Source: Thermoplasmatota archaeon
GTDB lineage: Archaea; Thermoplasmatota; E2; JACPAO01; JAHFTW01
DNA length: 64,000 nt
Assembly: GCA_041601615.1 (NCBI GenBank)
Contig: JBFIHX010000002.1
Span: forward strand, 32,001 to 96,000
Direction: 5' to 3'
A program made the translations under genes and the position numbers. Positions 56,854 through 64,000 of this stretch are shown here, piece after piece; positions within the stretch are counted from its first letter, which is position 1; the number at the start of each line of letters is the position of its first letter. The notes beneath the pieces were generated by a model, which did no database searches, had not been told where the DNA came from, and saw only the letters and a list, made by a program, of their open reading frames with translations.

Positions 56854-59571
56854 TCAGGCTGCGACGGCCTCAGGTTTTGCTACACTTGCGGCAACGGACA
56901 CCGGCTCTTCAGCGGGAATCAACCGAGTTGCTCCGATGAGCTGTAGCTCCAAGCGCGGCTCCTGCTTTTCGCGCTCTCGCTCCAAGCGCGCCTTGAACTC
57001 GCCGTCCAGTTCCTCCTCGCGGCGGTTGTTCTTGAACGTCATTTCGTGGAGTTGCTCCTCCAGCTTGCCGTACTGGCCCTCCAACTTGCGTTCGCGCACT
57101 CCATCTTCGGTGAAGTACAACCGGCTGCGAATTTCGCCCATCTTGCGGCGGATCTTCGACTCGTCCAGGCGGATCTCTTCCTTTTGGCGCTCGAAGTAGT
57201 CCTCCAGGCGCTTCTCGGTGCGGCGCAGTTCTTCGGCCGCCTCCTCGCGCTTCTTTTGCAAGACCGGGGCGACGATGGCGCCCACTTCGTAGCGGCCCTT
57301 TTCGAGCACAGCTTCGCGTTGCTCCTTCGTAAGGGGCCGGGGCACACGGACTGCCTCGCCATCGGGCACTTTCCACATGCCTTCCTCCACGAACAGAACC
57401 TCGCCATTGTCGTCCGTGACGACGCTGACAAAGTCCTCCGTTTCGCTGCGAATGGTCTCGATGAAGTAGCGGTAGTAGAGCACCGTGGCGCGTTCGTCCA
57501 CTTCCGCAGTGCGCACTTGGCCCACCGCGCCGTCTTGCTCCAGGACCTCCATGGCACTGTGCACGAACGGAGTTCCAAGGCTCAGCAATTCCACGGCGCC
57601 ATCTTGGTCGTCAAACACGTCCGGCTTGGTGGTGTAGTGGTAGTTGCCCCCGACGCGCTTCCAGTACGTCCGTGGCATCTTGATGGTCGTAATTCCGGCA
57701 GCCTCTGCCAGCTCTGCGCCCACCACGAGGGCAAAGTCGCGCACGAACTGCTCCACGCGGGCCTCCAGGTTCGTGGAGTCCTCGATCGTCACGTCGTCGT
57801 CGGCCGTGGACAAGTCAAATTGCTGGAACACACTGGCGTCGAGTTCCTTGATGACCTCAGCGTCCTTCTTGCTGCGGCGCACCTCGGCCTCGACCTTGGC
57901 CATGGCGTCCTTGATGTCCTCATCCTCCTTGCTCATGAGGATGGCGTCCATGATGCGCTTCTCGATGCCGCCGGTCTCGTTGATGTCCGAGAGAATCAGA
58001 TCCATTTCACCAATGGCGACCTCGAACAAACGAATCTTCTCATACAACACCTGCAAGACGTAGTCTTCAATGGTGTCGGCGACCGCCAGATTCAGAATCA
58101 CAACGTTGTCGCGCTCTTGGCCAATGCGGTGGATACGACCGATGCGCTGCTCGACCCGCATGGGGTTCCACGGCAAGTCGTAGTTGACGAGGATGTTGCA
58201 AAATTGCAGGTTCAGACCCTCCGAACCACTGTCCGTGCACACCAGCACCCGGCAGCCGTCGCCTCGGAACTCGTTCAGAGCCGCTTGCCTGCGGCCGGCC
58301 GTCAATTGACCGTGGTACTTGATGTTGGAAATGCCCTCTTGTTTGAGGCGGCGCGACAGCAGCTCCTGGGTTTCTCGGAACTGCGTGAAGATGATCATCT
58401 TCTCATTCGTGCTCTTGGCCACATCGATAATGAGATTCGCCTTCGTGTTGCGCTTGACGGAGTCTGCCTTGTGCTGCAGCTCCTCCATGGCCAAAAGGAC
58501 ATCCGGGTCCGTGATCTTCGCCATCATGTTGCCAAGCGTCTTGCTAAGCGCAGGGGCAGAACTTGCCACCTCGCGCTCCAAGATCATCAAGGCCAGGTGG
58601 CTGTCGAAGTAGCTCTTGTAGTTGCGAATGAAATCGCTGACCGCCTTGTGCAGTTCGTACTCGCCCTTGCTTGCCTGGAGGCGGTGCGTCTCCACCTTAC
58701 GCTCCGGGAATTTGAGGCCCGTTTCGCTTCGCCGGTTTCGAATCATCACTTGCTCAAGCAGACGCTGAAGTCGCTTGGCGTGCAGCAAAACACGGCCCTG
58801 CGCGTCGCCCACATACTCCTCCTCGAAGTTCTGGAGCGTGCCGAGCAAGCCCGGTTTGATGAGATTGATCAGATTGTACAACTCGATCAAGTTGTTTTGA
58901 ATCGGTGTCGCCGTCAGCATCAGGGCGTGGCGGGCGCTGATGTCGTCTGCCAGCGCGTACCGCTGCGTCTTCTTGTTCTTGAGGTAGTGTGCCTCATCCA
59001 CCACCACGAGGTCCCACTCGCGGCCAATGATGTCGGGGTAATGCGACGCGGACTTTGCCGTGTCAATGCTGGTTACGAGCTTGTCGTGGTGCGAAAAGCC
59101 CCGGAACTCCGGCTCGTCGTGCCGAATGAACCGTTCTCCGAATTTGTCCCACAGTTCCTGCTGCCACTGCGACGCAAGCGCCGCGGGCGTCAGAATCAGC
59201 ACCGACTTCGCCTTCCCTCGGCTAATCAATTCCTTCATCACGATGCCGGCCTCGATAGTCTTACCGAGACCCACTTCGTCTGCCAAGATCGCTCGGCCCT
59301 GCATTTGGTTCAAGACGCGAATTGCGGCCTTCACCTGGTGGGGCAAAATCTTGATTTTGCGGCGAAGATGACTCAGCGTCGTGATCCCTTCATGCCGCAT
59401 CGCCTTCAGGCGGTGGGCGTCCAGGTTCAGCAAATGGATATCCGTCGGGGCATAGTTGCCCTTGATGATTCCATCCGCCACACGCAACGGATCTTCGATT
59501 GGATGACCGCGCAATGGGTCTCGGCGGGCACGTTTGAACAAGGATCCCTTGTTTGCTCCTTTCTCGGACAT
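56854..59571 (-). CDS. SNF2/RapA-like helicase with long C-terminal coiled-coil extension
   Basis: ADEVGLGKT, DEAH, TATP, NYDLPWNP, QRIGRIHRIGQ. Confidence 0.93.
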   Translation of the reverse strand: MSEKGANKGSLFKRARRDPLRGHPIEDPLRVADGIIKGNYAPTDIHLLNLDAHRLKAMRHEGITTLSHLRRKIKILPHQVKAAIRVLNQMQGRAILADEVGLGKTIEAGIVMKELISRGKAKSVLILTPAALASQWQQELWDKFGERFIRHDEPEFRGFSHHDKLVTSIDTAKSASHYPDIIGREWDLVVVDEAHYLKNKKTQRYALADDISARHALMLTATPIQNNLIELYNLINLIKPGLLGTLQNFEEEYVGDAQGRVLLHAKRLQRLLEQVMIRNRRSETGLKFPERKVETHRLQASKGEYELHKAVSDFIRNYKSYFDSHLALMILEREVASSAPALSKTLGNMMAKITDPDVLLAMEELQHKADSVKRNTKANLIIDVAKSTNEKMIIFTQFRETQELLSRRLKQEGISNIKYHGQLTAGRRQAALNEFRGDGCRVLVCTDSGSEGLNLQFCNILVNYDLPWNPMRVEQRIGRIHRIGQERDNVVILNLAVADTIEDYVLQVLYEKIRLFEVAIGEMDLILSDINETGGIEKRIMDAILMSKEDEDIKDAMAKVEAEVRRSKKDAEVIKELDASVFQQFDLSTADDDVTIEDSTNLEARVEQFVRDFALVVGAELAEAAGITTIKMPRTYWKRVGGNYHYTTKPDVFDDQDGAVELLSLGTPFVHSAMEVLEQDGAVGQVRTAEVDERATVLYYRYFIETIRSETEDFVSVVTDDNGEVLFVEEGMWKVPDGEAVRVPRPLTKEQREAVLEKGRYEVGAIVAPVLQKKREEAAEELRRTEKRLEDYFERQKEEIRLDESKIRRKMGEIRSRLYFTEDGVRERKLEGQYGKLEEQLHEMTFKNNRREEELDGEFKARLEREREKQEPRLELQLIGATRLIPAEEPVSVAASVAKPEAVAA

Positions 59572-59816
59572 GGGAAGGGGGGACGGTATTGCGGACAGGT
59601 ATGTCATGAAAAGGGTGGCGGTGGAGGACGACGGGACAAGCGCCCCTTCGCACGGAAAAAAGCGCCCGGCTCCGCACCACTACGATTCTGGCATCATGCT
59701 GTTTTTCTCCTGAATTCGAGGCGTAATCACAAGTCGTTTGCAGCCAAGCAACACCACCGACGAAGGGCAACCTACCCTAGGGCAAACGTCAAAGAATCCA
59801 CGGTTTTTCCATTTCT

Positions 59817-61589
59817 ATGTCCAGGTCGCTGCCCCTTCTGCCGGTTCTGGCCCTCTTATTTTTTAGCCCCAGTGCGCTGGCAGCCGACGATACCGAAGCA
59901 CCCATCCTCGAAGCATGGGCATTCGAACAAGACGAATACGACCCGGGCGACCAAGTCACCATCCATGGCCATGCTCGTGACAAATCGGGACTGGACGGCG
60001 TACTCGGACACATCTGGGGCCCGGACGAGGCGTTTCCCGTTTGGGTCCACGAAGAAAACTGCTCTGTGGACCAAGCAGGGCCATTCACCTGCACCATCAC
60101 GCTGACTGCCCAAGCGCCGGCCGGCACCTACCGATTGGAGCGGTGGAGTCTTCGAGACACCGTCGGACACACCCGACAAGAATACCACTCCGACCTCAGT
60201 GGTCGCGCCGGATTCGACTTATCCTTCGTGGTACGCGGCACCCACAGCGACCTCGAAGCGCCCAAACTGCACGGCATCCAAGTCCAAACACCCGTCATTC
60301 AAGCCGGCGAATTCGCCGAGGTGCACATCCAAGCAAGCGACGAAACCGGAATCCGGCATGCGAGCATCCAATTGACCTCCGACGGCCGCGCACCCGGCGT
60401 CTGGGGCGACTGCGACGTGATGGACGCGGATGCATCGCCGCAAGAATTCACTTGCTCCCTCCCGACGTGGGCAGAAACGCCCTCCGGCGCATACCGCGTC
60501 CAAGACGTCGCGCTGCGCGACCTCAACAACGTCGAACGAATCTACCGCACAGAGCAGGACTTCACCGATGGCGCCGACTACATCCTCAATCTCACCGTCG
60601 AAAACGGCAGCAACGACCTCGAACCCCCCATCATCGATTCCATCCTCGCAACGCCCGTCGTCCCCCGTGGCGGCACCTGGCTCGTCACCGTGCACGCTCA
60701 CGACAACCAAGCCGTCCAACAACTGCAAATCGACTTGCAAACACTCCAAGGCAACGCCTACCTCGCAAGCCATATTTGCCCTCTGAAATCGGCGCAAGAA
60801 GTCCAAGCGCATTGCGCCGGCACCATCCCCGAAAACTACCCCCTAGGTCCTGTAAAAATCTTGTTCGTAGCAGCCAGCGACCCCACCGGCAACAGCCAAA
60901 CCTGGTCCACCTGGGTCGGCAACAGCGTCGATTACGAACCCGGACCGCTCATGCACGACCGATTCTACATAGGCCCCCGCAACATCTCCCTCCCCGGCAT
61001 CCCCGTCGACGCCCTAGACGCCTACAACCTCGAAGCGCCCCCCGGCAGCGTGCTCTCATTTGCACTGCGCCTAACCGGAACCGCCACCGATTTGTCCTTC
61101 TGGCTGACAAACGATGCAGGCGATCGGTTGGGCGTCCAAAACTGCCACACAGAACACGACCTCGACGCCGTCGGCATTCGCTGCAAACTCATCGTGCCCC
61201 CCACAGCCACCGGCACATACACGCTCACGGCGGTGGCCGCCGACAACACCACCGTGCAAGTCGCCCAGGGCCTGCGAACCGTGGAGATCCGAGCCGGAGC
61301 CATCGCACCCGAAACCCTACCCGGCGATTGGCGCAACCACACGAAGGCTGGCGTCACCTTGGCTTCCTTCAACGGCGGCACCCGAGCACCCATCCCCGCC
61401 ACACCATGGAATGACGCAACGGACAACCCGACACACGCAAACGATGCAAACGGCACGGGCAGCCGCAACACCGTAACCTCCGGCGGCACCACCCAACCCG
61501 CACCGTCCCAAAACATACCCGCAGCCACAGCCCCATGGGCCCTCGTAGCGCTGGCAATGACCTTCCTTGCCGCAATGCGCCGCCGATAG
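59817..61589 (+). CDS. Cell-surface protein with three tandem Ig-like repeats and C-terminal anchor
   Basis: Signal peptide; repeats start DTEAPIL / DLEAPKL / DLEPPII; ends IPAATAPWALVALAMTFLAAMRRR. Confidence 0.8.
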   Translation: MSRSLPLLPVLALLFFSPSALAADDTEAPILEAWAFEQDEYDPGDQVTIHGHARDKSGLDGVLGHIWGPDEAFPVWVHEENCSVDQAGPFTCTITLTAQAPAGTYRLERWSLRDTVGHTRQEYHSDLSGRAGFDLSFVVRGTHSDLEAPKLHGIQVQTPVIQAGEFAEVHIQASDETGIRHASIQLTSDGRAPGVWGDCDVMDADASPQEFTCSLPTWAETPSGAYRVQDVALRDLNNVERIYRTEQDFTDGADYILNLTVENGSNDLEPPIIDSILATPVVPRGGTWLVTVHAHDNQAVQQLQIDLQTLQGNAYLASHICPLKSAQEVQAHCAGTIPENYPLGPVKILFVAASDPTGNSQTWSTWVGNSVDYEPGPLMHDRFYIGPRNISLPGIPVDALDAYNLEAPPGSVLSFALRLTGTATDLSFWLTNDAGDRLGVQNCHTEHDLDAVGIRCKLIVPPTATGTYTLTAVAADNTTVQVAQGLRTVEIRAGAIAPETLPGDWRNHTKAGVTLASFNGGTRAPIPATPWNDATDNPTHANDANGTGSRNTVTSGGTTQPAPSQNIPAATAPWALVALAMTFLAAMRRR

Positions 61590-61620
61590 TCCCAAGTCGC
61601 CGCCCCGATTCTGCTTTCGT

Positions 61621-62322
61621 GTGCGCCTGCGTGCCGCCATCCTCGACTTGGACCACACCCTCATCGATTTCGAGCGCATGAAGCGCATGGCCAGCGACGC
61701 CGCCGCCCGCGCCATGGTGCGCGCCGGAGCAGAATTCTCATTCACCGCAGACGAAGCCGGCGACATCCTGTTTGGTGACTACAAGGCAAACCTCGACGGC
61801 GACCGCATCTTCGAGACGTTCCTACAAACCCACCACCAAAATCGGTCCAACCTGAACCAACACGCAAAGGACCGCATCATCGCCGCCGCCGTCAACGCCT
61901 ACCTAGAAGCCAAAAGACTGCACACCCAACCCTACCCAGCCGTGCAGCGCACCCTCCTAGAACTGGCCCGACGCGGCCTACGCATGGGCATCGTCACCGA
62001 CGCCCCCCGCTTCAAAGCCTACCAACGCCTGGACCTTGCCGGCCTCACCGACTTCTTCGACTTCGTACTCACAAACGAGGACGAACCCATCGGGCAAGAG
62101 CGATTCCGCCACGCCCTCCAACGATTCGGCACCGACCCCAAAGCAACCCTCGCCGTAGGCGCCTGGAACGTACCCGAAGTCCAAGCCGCCAAAAACCTCG
62201 GACTGCCAGTCGCATGGGCCGGCTACGGAAGACCCGGAGCCGAACCACCCGCCGGCGTAGACCACAAACTACGCGGATTTGGCGAGTTGCTCAAAATTGA
62301 GGCATTTCGCGGCGGAGAATGA
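61621..62322 (+). CDS. HAD-superfamily hydrolase
   Basis: DLDHTL, GIVTD; motif IV is degenerate (VGAW instead of VGD). Confidence 0.85.
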   Translation: MRLRAAILDLDHTLIDFERMKRMASDAAARAMVRAGAEFSFTADEAGDILFGDYKANLDGDRIFETFLQTHHQNRSNLNQHAKDRIIAAAVNAYLEAKRLHTQPYPAVQRTLLELARRGLRMGIVTDAPRFKAYQRLDLAGLTDFFDFVLTNEDEPIGQERFRHALQRFGTDPKATLAVGAWNVPEVQAAKNLGLPVAWAGYGRPGAEPPAGVDHKLRGFGELLKIEAFRGGE

Positions 62323-62418
62323 CCGCGTCCAACCGCCCGGATGGCACGGTCCCAATCACTTGACCGCGTAGCCAAGGCCAATGCACTCGGAGGAAATTGG
62401 TGCTGGTGCAAGAAAAAA

Positions 62419-62491
62419 TGGCCCCACCCAGATTTGAACTGGAGTCCGTGACTCCCAAAGCCACAAGGATACCAAACTACCCCATGGAGCC
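62419..62491 (-). tRNA. tRNA-Pro(UGG)
   Basis: GGCTCCA/TGGGGCC acceptor stem, GTGGC-TTTGGGA-GTCAC anticodon arm, TTCAAAT T-loop; no intron, no encoded CCA, followed by a T-run. Confidence 0.95.
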
Positions 62492-62599
62492 GGGGAGAGG
62501 CCTGGCGACTCATGCCCCCCTCTTGAAGCTGGCGCATGCCCTTGGGCCGGGTTTGTGCTCCAGCCGAGCCGTTATGTGCCCCCCTTGGCTGGCCGCCGC

Positions 62600-63082
62600 A
62601 TGGCCATCTGGTCCGATACCGATTTCATCGCTGCCGTGGGCGCGGGCGAGTTCAAGGCGACTCCGTGGCGCCCTGACGACTTGACCCCGAACGGCCTAGA
62701 TCTTCGCATTGGACATGTGCAAATTGTTGGTCAGATGGACAAGCCGGTCACCTCGGGCACGGTGACGATTCCTCCCGGCGCCCGGTTCGTATTGGGCACG
62801 GAGGAATTCCTGGAGATGCCGGTGGCCGCAGTGGGGAGTCTGTGGATTCGCAGCAGCTATGCGCGTCGCGGGGTGCTGGCGTCGTTTGGCAAAGTGGACG
62901 CCGGTTTCCATGGCAACCTCACGGTTGGCTGCTTCAACGCGAGCCACGAGGCGATCGAGATTCCGGTGGGCGATCGGTTCTGCCAGATTGTCTTGGAGGA
63001 CCTCAAGTCGCCTCCGCAGGCTGCCTACGCCGAAAAATCTGGCAACTACCAGGGCCAGACGGGCATCACGATGAGCAAGTGA
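62600..63082 (+). CDS. dcd: dCTP deaminase
   Basis: PNGLDLR, RSSYARRG, VDAGFHG, GDRFCQ, YQGQ. Confidence 0.93.
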   Translation: MAIWSDTDFIAAVGAGEFKATPWRPDDLTPNGLDLRIGHVQIVGQMDKPVTSGTVTIPPGARFVLGTEEFLEMPVAAVGSLWIRSSYARRGVLASFGKVDAGFHGNLTVGCFNASHEAIEIPVGDRFCQIVLEDLKSPPQAAYAEKSGNYQGQTGITMSK

Positions 63083-63612
63083 CCGCTGTGTCGCGTTCCG
63101 GTTCGCCGCTGCCGTCCATCCCCGTGCTGCCCTCCATTCCGTTTGCCGGCGCGGTGGATCCATGCACGGCCAACGCGTGCTCCGCTTGCTGCCACGACAT
63201 TGAAATGATCCTCACCGAAGCGGATCTTGCTCGGCTTCAGGCGGCGCGGCCCGGGGAGCCGTTCTGGTTTGAGGCGGACGACGGGTACCTGCAACTGCAC
63301 ACCCGCGACGGCCCGCCCGCAGCCGGCAGCCACGCAGCCCCAGGCGCCGAGCCCCGGCCGTGCTGGTTCTTGGACGAATCCGGTCGCTGCTCGGTTTGGG
63401 CAGATCGACCTGAAGGATGCCGGTTGTACCCGGCGTTTTGGGACGAAGAGGCCCGCGAGGCGAGCTTGGATACGGACTATTGCCCGCACACCGAGGGGTT
63501 CCGGTTGCCGAGGGCCGTCGGGGACGCCGTTCGTCGAATCGGAGACCGATTGGTGGCGGAACGAGAGGCCCGCGTAGGGCGCCTCGGCCCAGATGTATCG
63601 CGGACGACTTAA
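63079..63612 (+). CDS. YkgJ family Cys-cluster protein
   Basis: CSACC, CWFL, CSVWADRPEGCRLYP. Confidence 0.88.
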   Translation: MTAVSRSGSPLPSIPVLPSIPFAGAVDPCTANACSACCHDIEMILTEADLARLQAARPGEPFWFEADDGYLQLHTRDGPPAAGSHAAPGAEPRPCWFLDESGRCSVWADRPEGCRLYPAFWDEEAREASLDTDYCPHTEGFRLPRAVGDAVRRIGDRLVAEREARVGRLGPDVSRTT

Positions 63613-63636
63613 TCCAGGGATGGCGATGGCCCCTGC

Positions 63637-63924
63637 ATGGGCGCTCTCCAGGCCAATGCGGCCGTCGCCGTCGGCGTGCTGCTGACGGGCCTGTCTCTGC
63701 TGCTGCTCGTGGTTGGGCTCACCTCGTATCTGCGCGTGCGCAACACCAAGCTCCTTTGGGTCAGTGCGGCGTTTTTGGGCTTTGCCGGCCAAGGCCTGTA
63801 CTTCGTGCAGGATGCCTACGCCCGACGGGGTGAACTCGCTCTGTCCTTGGATGCGATGCCGGCGCTTGCCGCCGTGAACCTTGCCATCGTGGTTGCCCTC
63901 TATCTTGCCGTCCTGAAACGCTGA
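63637..63924 (+). CDS. Small 3-TM membrane protein
   Basis: SYLRVRNTKLLWVSAAF; ends LYLAVLKR. Confidence 0.75.
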   Translation: MGALQANAAVAVGVLLTGLSLLLLVVGLTSYLRVRNTKLLWVSAAFLGFAGQGLYFVQDAYARRGELALSLDAMPALAAVNLAIVVALYLAVLKR

Positions 63925-63930
63925 ACTCCC

Positions 63931-64000
63931 ATGCCGCCGCCCCCGCCGACGAAGAAAACGGTGCTGGACCTGCAGGCCCGGCAGCGCATCGTGGCGTGCA
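63931..64000 (+). CDS. Start of a probable winged-HTH regulator (truncated by window)
   Basis: MPPPPPTKKTVLDLQARQRIVA...; only 23 codons visible. Confidence 0.45.
   Translation, partial: MPPPPPTKKTVLDLQARQRIVAC

Noticed and set aside
54623-59571. Dpd or Qat anti-phage system
   Set aside because: No dpdA/tgt-like, TatD or KAP ATPase gene; QueC and QueE look canonical, and archaeosine synthesis explains them.
57046-60105. 1019-aa plus-strand ORF
   Set aside because: Antisense shadow of the SNF2 gene caused by high-GC codon bias; no motifs.
62419-62491. tRNA-Pro as an integration site
   Set aside because: No integrase and no duplicated tRNA 3' end noticed in the window; flanks are housekeeping genes.

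Overview
GC-rich archaeal chromosome segment. Archaeal markers are rps6e, nep1 and a tRNA-Pro without encoded CCA; Thermoplasmatota-like is inference from gene content only. It holds about 75 genes, mostly housekeeping and accessory metabolism: etfBA, acyl-CoA dehydrogenase, a MoxR/DUF58/DUF4129 operon, aguA/aguB, msrA, malic enzyme, FAH, queC/queE, a SNF2 helicase and dcd. No CRISPR array, transposase or integrase was seen. The strongest signal is at 8037-11021. An operon that would be auto-annotated as phosphonate transporter phnDCE has a lipoprotein binding subunit that aligns motif by motif with one lobe of animal transferrin (all four Fe ligands, the carbonate site and a disulfide). It follows a DtxR-family repressor and two palindromic operator boxes, so it is a candidate transferrin-based iron ABC importer. 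Other notable items: a tandem array of four secreted 4-Cys peptides with a shared upstream motif and a duplication scar, a Fic protein ending in a PCNA PIP-box, a structured rps6e leader, and two secreted proteins sharing a C-terminal domain. All calls come from manual motif reading without database searches, and many start codons were re-chosen by eye.
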